The position numbers and the translations under genes are program-made. Under the pieces are notes generated by a model. It saw nothing but the letters and a program-made list of their open reading frames with translations. It was not told where the DNA came from and searched no databases. From an uncultured Gammaproteobacteria bacterium (GTDB lineage Bacteria; Pseudomonadota; Gammaproteobacteria; GCA-002705445; GCA-002716945), in the NCBI GenBank assembly GCA_913045115.1, contig CAJWPJ010000003.1:854-64853 (forward strand): DNA of 64,000 bases, in the 5' to 3' direction. Shown here piece by piece: positions 9,893 through 18,903 of the stretch; the first letter of the stretch is position 1; the number at the start of each line of letters is the position of its first letter.

Positions 9893-10222
9893 GAGAGTTG
9901 GTTATACAGTCGCTATGTTAAGGCATAGAGGAAAGTCCGGGCTCCGGGGATAAAAGCGCCAGGTAACACCTGGGAAACGTGAGTTTTGGAAAGTGCTGCA
10001 GAAAATAACCGCCTACTTTTTGTAGGTAAGGGTGAAAAGGTAGAGTAAGAGCCTACCGCTGCTAAGGTAACAAGGCAGGCATAAGTAAACCCCGCTTGGA
10101 GCAAGGCAAATTTGTGATTCATCCCGCTATAATCACATGGTTGCTGCTACTGAGATTATTGGTGACAATAATTCAAGATAAATGGCTGTACACGACAGAA
10201 CCCGGCTTATCAACTGACTCTC
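9893..10222 (+). ncRNA. rnpB: RNase P RNA (rnpB), bacterial type A
   Basis: GGAAAGTCCGGGCTCC (P4 5' strand) at ~9929, AGGGTGAAA...GTAAGAGC in the middle, and ACAGAACCCGGCTTATC (P4 3' strand) at ~10195. The 5' end GAGAGTTGGTTAT can pair with the 3' end ATCAACTGACTCTC to form P1. Confidence 0.9.
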
Positions 10223-10342
10223 ATCCTTTAACATAATTCTATAAGTAATTGATTTATAAATATATTTAATAAATTGATTATCCCTAATATTCATGAATTT
10301 AGCTATATATTAGCTTGCATAAATTAAAAATAGGGCATATAG

Positions 10343-10376
10343 TGTTGATAAATGGCATTATTTGTTATTTTGTGGA
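10343..10376 (+). promoter_or_regulatory. Putative MraZ operator: four direct pentamer repeats at ~10-bp period
   Basis: TGTTG (10343), TGGCA (10353), TTGTT (10362) and TGTGG (10371), just upstream of the likely mraZ start codon. They are reminiscent of MraZ boxes (GTGGG/TGGGN spaced 10 bp). Confidence 0.3.
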
Positions 10377-10381
10377 GAATT

Positions 10382-10843
10382 ATGGAGAATCTTTTTAAAG
10401 GTATACACAATCTTAGTCTCGATTCAAAGGGTAGACTGGGTATCCCCGTGACATACCGTGACCATATTATGGGCCTTCTCAAAGGGTCTATGGTAATTAC
10501 AATTGATACAGAAGAAAGATGCCTTCTTCTATACCCAGCGAATATCTGGTCTAAAATACAAGATAAAATCAGTAACTTACCATCATTTAATAAAAACGCG
10601 CGAAGGATTCAAAGACTTTTAGTAGGACATGCAGAGGATATTGATGTTGATTCTAGTGGAAGAATTTTAATATCTAGGCCACTTAGAGAGTATGCATCAT
10701 TATCAAAGAAAATAATCCTTATTGGTCAAGGTGAGAAATTTGAGATTTGGGATCAAAACTCATGGAACACAAATGTTGAGAAGTGGCGAGAGGAGGCGAC
10801 GTCTGTTGACGATGAACAAGCACTCAGTGATTTAAGCATATGA
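10382..10843 (+). CDS. mraZ: Transcriptional regulator MraZ
   Basis: [22 protein letters not shown] and a second DSSGRILI repeat match the MraZ duplicated DxxxR/KGR motif. The ORF track starts at 10352, but I take the true start as the Met at 10382. Confidence 0.85.
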   Translation: MENLFKGIHNLSLDSKGRLGIPVTYRDHIMGLLKGSMVITIDTEERCLLLYPANIWSKIQDKISNLPSFNKNARRIQRLLVGHAEDIDVDSSGRILISRPLREYASLSKKIILIGQGEKFEIWDQNSWNTNVEKWREEATSVDDEQALSDLSI

Positions 10844-11034
10844 TAACTAATAACAAATATAAAATACTAGGAGTCAGCGAGAGCGATGATATATCGGTAA
10901 TTAAATTGGCATTTAGAAAATTAGCATCTAGGCATCATCCTGATAAAAACAATGACAGCATTGAGTCAAATAAAATATTCATACAAATCAAGTCGGCTTA
11001 CGAAAGCATATTGGAATCTAAGAAAAATGAATAA
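10840..11034 (+). CDS. Stand-alone J-domain (DnaJ-like) protein, 64 aa
   Basis: [31 protein letters not shown]...[11 protein letters not shown] is a canonical J domain with the HPD motif. The start overlaps the mraZ stop (ATGA) and the stop overlaps the rsmH start (ATGAATAA). Confidence 0.6.
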   Translation: MITNNKYKILGVSESDDISVIKLAFRKLASRHHPDKNNDSIESNKIFIQIKSAYESILESKKNE

Positions 11035-11956
11035 TACTGATTACCATATACCCGTGATGAAGCACGAGGCGGTAGAACAGTTGCTGTCAAATAATGATGG
11101 TATATATGTCGATGCAACTCTTGGGTATGGAGGTCATACAAGGTTAATTCTGGAGAAAACTTCATCTAAATCTAAACTATATGGAATCGATAAAGATATT
11201 GATGCCATTGAATTTAACAAGAAAGAATTAGCACAAGAGAAGAGGTTTACCCTTAAACATGGATGTTTTTCTTCTCTTGATGAATATGCAAAAACCTGGA
11301 ATATATATGGATCTGTAAACGGCATTTTATTTGATTTAGGAGTGTCATCTGTTCATCTTGATAGTGCAGATAGAGGCTTTAGCTTTAATAAAAATGCGCC
11401 TTTGGATATGAGATTTGATAGAACACACGGAAAATGTGTCTCACAGTTAATAAATGAACTTCCTGAGAGCGAAATCGAGTCTATTTTAAAACTGTATGGT
11501 CAAGAAAAGTTTTCTAGAAGAATAGCTAAAAATATTATCAAGCATAGGTCTAATAATCCTATCGAGAATACGCTTGAGCTTGTGGATATCATCAATAAAT
11601 CTGTCATTGTTAACGATAAGAATAAACATAACGCAACGCGATCTTTTCAAGCACTAAGGATATTTGTAAATAAAGAACTTGATGTCCTTAGAGAAGTGCT
11701 TCATAAATCATATAATATTCTCGCCCCAAAAGGGAGGCTGGTGTTAATAACTTATCACTCTTTAGAGGAAAGAGTCATAAAGGATTTCATTATATTTTGT
11801 GATAACAATCAAAACACACCTAGAAAGATGCCAATAAAGAAAGATTTCTTAAAAAAGATGTTTACGGTAATAAAAAAAGTTAAACCATCTGACAAAGAGA
11901 TATCTTTAAACCCCAGATCCAGATCTGCAAAAATTAATGTCCTGGAGAAGCAGTAA
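11027..11956 (+). CDS. rsmH: 16S rRNA (cytosine1402-N4)-methyltransferase RsmH
   Basis: [16 protein letters not shown]...DATLGYGGH...[20 protein letters not shown] start the gene at the ATG at 11027; the tracked ORF extends upstream to 10952. Confidence 0.85.
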   Translation: MNNTDYHIPVMKHEAVEQLLSNNDGIYVDATLGYGGHTRLILEKTSSKSKLYGIDKDIDAIEFNKKELAQEKRFTLKHGCFSSLDEYAKTWNIYGSVNGILFDLGVSSVHLDSADRGFSFNKNAPLDMRFDRTHGKCVSQLINELPESEIESILKLYGQEKFSRRIAKNIIKHRSNNPIENTLELVDIINKSVIVNDKNKHNATRSFQALRIFVNKELDVLREVLHKSYNILAPKGRLVLITYHSLEERVIKDFIIFCDNNQNTPRKMPIKKDFLKKMFTVIKKVKPSDKEISLNPRSRSAKINVLEKQ

Positions 11957-12225
11957 TGAATCTAACATCCTCATTTCTTTTAATAATTCTTATAACTATG
12001 TCTGCATTTAGTGTAATTTTTATCAAATATCAAAATAGGATGTTAAATATCGAAATTTCTAAAAATGAAAAAAAGTTATTTTACCTTTCTGAGTCTTATA
12101 GAAAGTTACTTCAGAAAAAAATTGAAATTACAGATAGTAGGCTGCAAAAAAGTAGCTTGGGTAAGGCGCTAAATATGCAACTTCCATCAAAAGAAAGAAT
12201 TTTAATCATGAACGTAGAACGCTAG
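11956..12225 (+). CDS. ftsL: Cell division protein FtsL
   Basis: 89 aa with an N-terminal TM helix followed by a coiled-coil region. Position after rsmH fits. It ends with a TAG stop. Confidence 0.7.
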   Translation: MNLTSSFLLIILITMSAFSVIFIKYQNRMLNIEISKNEKKLFYLSESYRKLLQKKIEITDSRLQKSSLGKALNMQLPSKERILIMNVER

Positions 12226-12234
12226 GAGGACACC

Positions 12235-13383
12235 ATGTTTGAAATAGTTAATAATTATAATCAAAATGCAGTTATCAAAGTTATTGGTGTTGGAGGTGGT
12301 GGCGGAAACGCTATTATATCAATGCTAAAGTCTCAAATACATGGGGCAGATTTTTTGATTGCAAACACAGACGTACAAGCGTTAAGGGATGTAGACGGAG
12401 CCACAACCGTCCAAATCGGTTCTGAGATAACAAAAGGATTGGGTGCAGGCGCTGATCCTGAGAAGGGGCGCCAAGCTGCACTCGAAGCTAGTGAAACTCT
12501 AAGAGAGTCTATTGAAGGAGCTGACATGCTGTTCATTGCTGCCGGGATGGGCGGAGGAACTGGTACAGGAGCTGCTCCAGTAATTGCTCAAATCGCACGT
12601 GATCTTGGTATTCTTACTGTAGCGGTTGTTACAAAACCCTTCGATTTTGAGGGCCCTGAAAGAATGTCAAATGCTCAAGAAGGGATAAATAATCTTGAAC
12701 AATGGGTCGATTCTTTAATTGTGATACCGAACTCAAAGTTGAAAGAAGTCTATGGAGGAAATGAGTCAATATTTTCTTCTTTCGAGAATGCTAATGATGT
12801 TTTGAGAGGAGCCGTGAAAGGTATTACAGAGATAATTACTATAAGAGGGTTTATGAATGTGGACTTTGCTGACGTAAAAACTGTCATGTCAGGTATGGGT
12901 AAAGCAATGATGGGATCCGGAGTATCATCTGGAGAAAATAGAGCCGAAGAAGCAGTGACAACAGCATTGAGCAGTCCCTTATTAGATAATATAGATCTTC
13001 AGGGTGCTAGCGGAGTACTTGTTAATATTACTTCCGGATCTGATTTAACGACGGATGAGTTTGAGGTGATTGGAAGTAAAATTAGAGAGATAGCTAACGA
13101 AGACGCTAAGATAATTACTGGCTGTATTAAAGAAGATGATAATATTGGAGATCTTAGAGTTACAATAATTGCAACTGGATTCGCTCAATCTGGTTCTGTT
13201 GATACTCAGTTGATGGAAGCAAATTCAAATGATGCAGAAATTAACACTTTAAATAACCAAAATTCATCAATATTGTCTGGTAACGACATCAATAAAGTGG
13301 ATACTCCTCAAGTAAACTTAAATCAACAAGAGGATCAGACATCACTTGATATACCGGCATTTTTAAGACAACAGGCCGATTAA
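12235..13383 (+). CDS. ftsZ: Cell division GTPase FtsZ
   Basis: Contains VIGVGGGGGNA and the tubulin signature GGGTGTGAAPVIA. A strong SD (AGGAGG) sits 7 nt upstream. Confidence 0.95.
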   Translation: MFEIVNNYNQNAVIKVIGVGGGGGNAIISMLKSQIHGADFLIANTDVQALRDVDGATTVQIGSEITKGLGAGADPEKGRQAALEASETLRESIEGADMLFIAAGMGGGTGTGAAPVIAQIARDLGILTVAVVTKPFDFEGPERMSNAQEGINNLEQWVDSLIVIPNSKLKEVYGGNESIFSSFENANDVLRGAVKGITEIITIRGFMNVDFADVKTVMSGMGKAMMGSGVSSGENRAEEAVTTALSSPLLDNIDLQGASGVLVNITSGSDLTTDEFEVIGSKIREIANEDAKIITGCIKEDDNIGDLRVTIIATGFAQSGSVDTQLMEANSNDAEINTLNNQNSSILSGNDINKVDTPQVNLNQQEDQTSLDIPAFLRQQAD

Positions 13384-15094
13384 TAATAATCCTAAATCTG
13401 AGACTTTAAGGCTGCTGTTATTTATAACAGCAGCTTTAGTTTTATTTTTACTGATAGTAACTAGATTATATTATATTCAAATCCAAGGAACTGATTGCTT
13501 CTTCTTCAATGAGAGTTCATGTAAGCAAAATATTTCTATTGAGGCAAAAAAAAGACAGATTCATAATCAGGTTATAAAAGCAGAAAGAGGAGTAATTTTT
13601 GACAGAAACAAAAATATACTAGCAATGTCACTTCCTGCGAAAACGCTATGCATTAATCCAAATAAACTCCATCGCAATGAAAATAAATCAGATGTTCATG
13701 AGTTATCAAAGCTATTAAACATTCCATATGATAAATTAGTGAAGATTATCGATAGAAATAAAAATAAAAAGGAATATTTTCTCAAACGGCATATCTCAAA
13801 AGAAACCTATGTTGAAATAAACAAATTATCTACCCCAAATATTTATTTTATTAATGAGAATAAAAGATCTTATTTAGGAGGCGAGGCTTTCTCAAACATA
13901 ATAGGTTTTACAGATATAGATGATAATGGTCAGGAAGGAATTGAGTTAGTAAATAACAATATTCTCAAGCCCTCGAATGGTTCTAAAATAATAAAAATGG
14001 ATAATATTGGAAGACCAATTGAAACGATTGAGGTAACTAAAAAGTCTATTCCTGGAGAAAATTTAATATTAACTCTTGATAAGAGAATTCAGATAATTGC
14101 ATATGATGTACTAAAAAAATATGTCAACAAATATAAGGCAGAGAGCGGGTCTATTGTCCTTGTAGAGTCAAACACAGGCAATATCTTATCTATGGCAAAC
14201 TACCCATCTTTTGATCCAAAAAAAAGATATACTTACAAAGGTATTAAAATTAAGAATAGGGCAGTTTATGATCTAATAGAGCCTGGATCTACTATCAAAC
14301 CTTTTATAATTTATGCAGGTTTGAAAAATAAGATTATTGATGAATCGACTATAATTAGGACTGCTCCAGGAGTCATCAAACTTGCTGATAATGAAATTAA
14401 AGATTGGAAATACCTTGGCGATGTCTCTGCGGAGGATATTATAAAGCTATCCAGTAACATAGGTGCAGCGAAAATATCTAGAAAGCTTGCAAAAACAGAA
14501 CTCACGCGTACTCTTGATTCATTTGGTTTTGGACAGTCATTATTTCTGAATTTGCCAGGCTCTAAGAATGGATCAATACCATCACCTACCAATATTAATG
14601 ACTCAAAGCATTTCAGCATTGGTTATGGTTATGGTTTATCTGTGTCATTGATGCATCTTGTCAGTGCATATAATATATTAGCTAATGATGGAGCCTATAT
14701 TCAATTAAAGTATCTTAGAAATACAGAAATAGATGACAGTAAACATCAAATTTTAGATAAGAAACTCAGTGGTCAAGTCCTAAAAATGATGAAAGAAGTT
14801 GTTCATTCGCATGATGGGACTGGTAAAAAAGCAGCAGTTGATGGTTATTCTGTATATGGTAAAACAGGAACGGTCCGTAAGATAAAAAATGGAAAATACA
14901 ATAAAAATTTACATAATGCATTATTTATAGGAATACTAGGTGATCCATCGCCAAAATATGTAGCTGCTGTAATAATTAGAGAACCCAAAGACAGAGAGGG
15001 CTCCGGTGGGTATCATGCTGCACCTGTTTTCGGTGAATTTCTTCAACACTCAATGAGAATTTTAGATGACATTAAGTATGCGGGAAAACAATAA
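13379..15094 (+). CDS. ftsI: Peptidoglycan D,D-transpeptidase FtsI (PBP3); the 5' end is uncertain
   Basis: The tracked ORF (13625-15094) contains the SxxK-type motif AVYDLIEPGSTIKP, SSN and KTG. The in-frame sequence upstream, open from 13367, encodes the expected TM anchor LRLLLFITAALVLFLLIV and the conserved ERGVIFDRNKNILA, but has no ATG, GTG or TTG. ATT at 13379 is one candidate start. Confidence 0.8.
   Translation: MNNNPKSETLRLLLFITAALVLFLLIVTRLYYIQIQGTDCFFFNESSCKQNISIEAKKRQIHNQVIKAERGVIFDRNKNILAMSLPAKTLCINPNKLHRNENKSDVHELSKLLNIPYDKLVKIIDRNKNKKEYFLKRHISKETYVEINKLSTPNIYFINENKRSYLGGEAFSNIIGFTDIDDNGQEGIELVNNNILKPSNGSKIIKMDNIGRPIETIEVTKKSIPGENLILTLDKRIQIIAYDVLKKYVNKYKAESGSIVLVESNTGNILSMANYPSFDPKKRYTYKGIKIKNRAVYDLIEPGSTIKPFIIYAGLKNKIIDESTIIRTAPGVIKLADNEIKDWKYLGDVSAEDIIKLSSNIGAAKISRKLAKTELTRTLDSFGFGQSLFLNLPGSKNGSIPSPTNINDSKHFSIGYGYGLSVSLMHLVSAYNILANDGAYIQLKYLRNTEIDDSKHQILDKKLSGQVLKMMKEVVHSHDGTGKKAAVDGYSVYGKTGTVRKIKNGKYNKNLHNALFIGILGDPSPKYVAAVIIREPKDREGSGGYHAAPVFGEFLQHSMRILDDIKYAGKQ
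13411..13450 (+). terminator. Rho-independent terminator-like hairpin downstream of ftsZ
   Basis: GCTGCTGTTA (13411-13420), a TTTA loop, then TAACAGCAGC (13425-13434), followed by the T-rich tract TTTAGTTTTATTTTTA. Confidence 0.5.
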
Positions 15095-16499
15095 ATTAAA
15101 TACATGCAAAAACTTTATTCTCAAGAATTCTGATCACTCGGAGTATTTGATGAATAGATTTGCAATTGATTCCAGGCGTATCAAGCATAAACAAGTATTT
15201 ATATCTTTAGAGAACAATCCTACTAAAAATATTCATAATATTAAACATGCTATCACTAAAGGAGCATCTGGGTTTATTACAACAGTACCTCTTACAAGAG
15301 AGAGCCTTAATTCATCGATACCATTTCTTGTAATAAAAAATTTAGAAAACATATCTATAGAACTTTTCAAAATTGATTTTACTAAGACCAAACGGAAACC
15401 AATTATAATTGGGATAACAGGCACAAACGGGAAAACTTCAACTGTATTATTATTAGCACAAGCACTCACCTTGCAAAACAAAAAGGTAGGTGTTGTATCG
15501 AGTGAGGGCGTAGGCGTTTATCCTGATCTAAGGAGTAGTGATTATACAACACCACCAATTGATCGTAATTATATGTACCTCAGAAAATTTATCGATAGAA
15601 AATGTCATTATGTAATTATGGAATGTTCATCACAAGGCCTTCATCAAGGAAGACTGGATGGTTTTTTATTCAACTATTCATTAATAACTAATATCGACCA
15701 AGATCATATCGATTATCATCTGAATCTTACAAATTATGTTAATAGTAAGTTGAAAATTATTAATCAAAGTGAAACATCAATTCTAAATTATGATTGTGTA
15801 AAACTAAATAAAATTGACATGAAAAAATATACATGTAATGTATCTTTTATCTCTAAAAAGAAACATCAAAACCCAAAAGTCATAAACACATCTTTAGGAT
15901 ATGATTTTGATAGCTCTGTAAACTTCAATACTTATTCTCTTTTAATGATAGCTGCTATTATGAAACTAGAGAACTTCAGTAAACCAAAAATTAAAAAGTC
16001 TTTTGAAAAATTGACTCCTCTGATGGGAAGAAGACAAGTTATCGATACTAAAAATAAGGGAACATTTATAATTGACTATGCTCATACATCTGCAGCTTAT
16101 AAAGGGATTTATAAAGAATTTGCAGTATCGAAAAAAATTTGTACATTATTCGGTTGTGGAGGCGACAGAGATCAAACAAAAAGAGCACAAACTGGAAGGA
16201 TAGTTGATAAATATTCCTCAAAGATTATTATCACTTCAGATAACTCAAGGACTGAGAGATTTGAAAAGATTCAAAAAGATATTTTAGAAGGTATAAAGAA
16301 CACCAAGAAAGTTATCGTAATCAGGTCAAGAAAAGAGGCAATTAGACATATGTTTAAGCATTCATCTCATAATCAATTGAATTTTATTCTAGGTAAAGGA
16401 AATGAAAATTATATTTTTGAAAATCGCAAAAAAATACACCACAATGATATTATCTATCTCAAAAATCTGTTGAGGAATTATGAACATAAAGCTATCTGA
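15066..16499 (+). CDS. murE: UDP-N-acetylmuramoyl-L-alanyl-D-glutamate--2,6-diaminopimelate ligase MurE
   Basis: GITGTNGKTST P-loop and DNSRTE; Mur ligase family throughout; position in the dcw cluster. Confidence 0.85.
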   Translation: MTLSMRENNKLNTCKNFILKNSDHSEYLMNRFAIDSRRIKHKQVFISLENNPTKNIHNIKHAITKGASGFITTVPLTRESLNSSIPFLVIKNLENISIELFKIDFTKTKRKPIIIGITGTNGKTSTVLLLAQALTLQNKKVGVVSSEGVGVYPDLRSSDYTTPPIDRNYMYLRKFIDRKCHYVIMECSSQGLHQGRLDGFLFNYSLITNIDQDHIDYHLNLTNYVNSKLKIINQSETSILNYDCVKLNKIDMKKYTCNVSFISKKKHQNPKVINTSLGYDFDSSVNFNTYSLLMIAAIMKLENFSKPKIKKSFEKLTPLMGRRQVIDTKNKGTFIIDYAHTSAAYKGIYKEFAVSKKICTLFGCGGDRDQTKRAQTGRIVDKYSSKIIITSDNSRTERFEKIQKDILEGIKNTKKVIVIRSRKEAIRHMFKHSSHNQLNFILGKGNENYIFENRKKIHHNDIIYLKNLLRNYEHKAI

Positions 16500-17814
16500 G
16501 ATTGCTAAGTTTCTATCACTTGAATTAAAAGGAGAAGATCAGGATGTAAGGAACTTGAGCATTGATAGCAGAGAAGTAAAAAACGGCGATCTCTTTGTTG
16601 CGATCAAAGGAGACAAACATGATGGCCATGACTACATCCAACAATCAATAAAAAATGGCGCATCTGCAATCCTATGTAATGATGAAATTGATACATCAAA
16701 AATAAATGTTCCGCATATAATATCTGAAAATACAATAAATTCTCTTGGTCTTATTGCATCAGCATACAAAAAAGTTATTGGATCACCATTCACTATTGGT
16801 ATCACTGGGACTAATGGAAAGACAACAGTAACTAAGTTAACAGCAGAAATATTAAGCAAATCTTTTTCTGTTAGCACTACAATAGGTAATTATAATAATG
16901 AAATTGGGCTCCCACTATCAATCTTAAAGTCACAAAGCGAGAATTATCAAAAGTGTGTCTATGAGTTGGGTGCTAGCAAAAAAAATGATATCTATAATTT
17001 AGTAAATATTTGTGAGCCTGATATGACAGCATTATTAAATGTATCTGAAGCACACATGGAATCATTTGGAAGTTTTGAAAATCTCATTAATACTAAAGAG
17101 GAAGTATTTCAACATCCAAGTACAAAGAGAGTTGTTTTGAATAAGGATGATAAATACTATGACAGATGGAGAGAGATAAACAGCACAAAAGAAATAACTA
17201 CAATATCATTAAATAATGAGGCAGATTATTTTATAGAGAAAAATGATGAAAGTAACATCTATCTGTCGACCCCAAAGGGTGGAATCGAGATTAGTACGAT
17301 TGATTTGTCTAATTTATTATGGATCAATTTACTATTTAGCACTGCACTTGCCATGGAAGCAGGCGCAAATATCCAATCTGTTGTAGAGGGTGTAAGAAGC
17401 TTCTCAGGAGTCAAAGGTAGGTTTTATTGTTTTGTTTCATCCAACAAGTCACTGATAATCGATGACTCATATAATGCAAATCCAGAGTCAATGAAATCCT
17501 CATTAAATCAACTCAAGTATTTAAAAAAGGACAAAATATTTATTATGGGAGATATGGGGGAACTTGGTGAAAAGTCACTAATCCATCATTTATCCATCTT
17601 CAAGCTTGCTAAAAATATTGGAGTTAAGTACTTACTATATATGGGCAAGTATAAAGAAGAGGCTGTATCAACATTTGGAGCGGGCTGCACTACTTTTGAT
17701 GATATCATAGAGTTAATTAATCATGCTCGTAATGTGTCTGATGAAACTACTGTAGTGCTTATAAAAGCCTCTAGGTTTATGAACTTTGACAAAATAGCTG
17801 AAGGTTTGAAATAA
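16480..17814 (+). CDS. murF: UDP-MurNAc-tripeptide--D-Ala-D-Ala ligase MurF
   Basis: GITGTNGKTTV P-loop; Mur ligase family; dcw order. Confidence 0.85.
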   Translation: MNIKLSEIAKFLSLELKGEDQDVRNLSIDSREVKNGDLFVAIKGDKHDGHDYIQQSIKNGASAILCNDEIDTSKINVPHIISENTINSLGLIASAYKKVIGSPFTIGITGTNGKTTVTKLTAEILSKSFSVSTTIGNYNNEIGLPLSILKSQSENYQKCVYELGASKKNDIYNLVNICEPDMTALLNVSEAHMESFGSFENLINTKEEVFQHPSTKRVVLNKDDKYYDRWREINSTKEITTISLNNEADYFIEKNDESNIYLSTPKGGIEISTIDLSNLLWINLLFSTALAMEAGANIQSVVEGVRSFSGVKGRFYCFVSSNKSLIIDDSYNANPESMKSSLNQLKYLKKDKIFIMGDMGELGEKSLIHHLSIFKLAKNIGVKYLLYMGKYKEEAVSTFGAGCTTFDDIIELINHARNVSDETTVVLIKASRFMNFDKIAEGLK

Positions 17815-17817
17815 ATT

Positions 17818-18903
17818 ATGTTACTCTTCTTATTTGATTATTTGTCTGAATTCTACTCTGGTTTAAATGTTTTTAGATATTTAACATTAAGAATAGTCAT
17901 GGGCGCACTAACGTCACTTATAATATCCCTTATCCTAGGGCCTTATATCATAACATATCTTCGTGAGAAACAGTTTTACCAATCTATTAGAGACGATGGT
18001 CCCTTAAGTCATATTGATAACAAAAATAAAACTCCTACGATGGGTGGTTTGCTTATTATTACATCGATTGTAATCTCTACATTTCTCTGGGCTGATTTAA
18101 GCAATCACTACATTCTACTATTACTTTTTGGGATTCTTAGTTTTGGCATAATAGGTTTTTATGATGATTATAAAAAATTAGTTGAAGGGAAAAGTGATGG
18201 CATCAAAGGTAGACTCAAACTTTTTTTACAGATCCTTTCAGCAACATTAATAACTATTTATCTGTACCTCTTTATGGAGACGGGTGAAATCAGTTCGGTA
18301 ATGCCTTTTCTAAAAAATAGCAGTATGTATCTTGGAGTCTTATTCATACCTTGGTCAATTTTTATTCTAGTTGGTTCATCAAACGCAGTAAATTTAACTG
18401 ATGGGCTAGATGGCTTGGCCATATTGCCATGTATCTTAATAGCGTCTGCATTTGTTATTTTTGCTTACGCGCATGGAAATATAAATATATCAGAATATCT
18501 AATTATACCTTACGTTGAGAGTTCGGGAGAAGTAGCAATATTTGCTGCATCACTTGTGGGAGCAGGCTTGGGTTTTCTGTGGTTTAACTCATATCCTGCT
18601 GAAATATTTATGGGTGATTGTGGTTCTTTATCATTAGGAAGCTCTCTTGGTTTGCTTGCAATTATCCTAAAACAGGAATTAGCTTTCGCAATAATGAGCG
18701 GTATATTTATTGCTGAGGTATTCTCCGTAATTATCCAAGTTACATCATTCAAACTCAGAAATGGCAAAAGAGTTTTCAAAATGGCCCCACTTCATCATCA
18801 CTACGAGTTATCGGGTTTATCAGAACCTAAAATTATCATGAGGTTCTGGATAATAACGTTTATTTTGGTGCTGATTGCCCTTTCTACGCTTAAAATAAGA
18901 TGA
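17818..18903 (+). CDS. mraY: Phospho-N-acetylmuramoyl-pentapeptide transferase MraY
   Basis: Polytopic membrane protein with NAVNLTDGLDGLA and the HHH motif (APLHHHYEL). Confidence 0.9.
   Translation: MLLFLFDYLSEFYSGLNVFRYLTLRIVMGALTSLIISLILGPYIITYLREKQFYQSIRDDGPLSHIDNKNKTPTMGGLLIITSIVISTFLWADLSNHYILLLLFGILSFGIIGFYDDYKKLVEGKSDGIKGRLKLFLQILSATLITIYLYLFMETGEISSVMPFLKNSSMYLGVLFIPWSIFILVGSSNAVNLTDGLDGLAILPCILIASAFVIFAYAHGNINISEYLIIPYVESSGEVAIFAASLVGAGLGFLWFNSYPAEIFMGDCGSLSLGSSLGLLAIILKQELAFAIMSGIFIAEVFSVIIQVTSFKLRNGKRVFKMAPLHHHYELSGLSEPKIIMRFWIITFILVLIALSTLKIR

Noticed and set aside
9913-10122. 69-aa minus-strand ORF
   Set aside because: It lies entirely inside the RNase P RNA gene (rnpB). It is an artefact of the structured ncRNA.
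10352-10381. N-terminal extension of mraZ (MALFVILWRI)
   Set aside because: MraZ family proteins start near the first DxxxR/KGR repeat. This stretch carries the putative MraZ-box repeats and is more likely 5'UTR.
10952-11026. N-terminal extension of the rsmH ORF
   Set aside because: It overlaps the J-domain ORF in another frame. RsmH homologs start near [11 protein letters not shown], and the ATG at 11027 fits.
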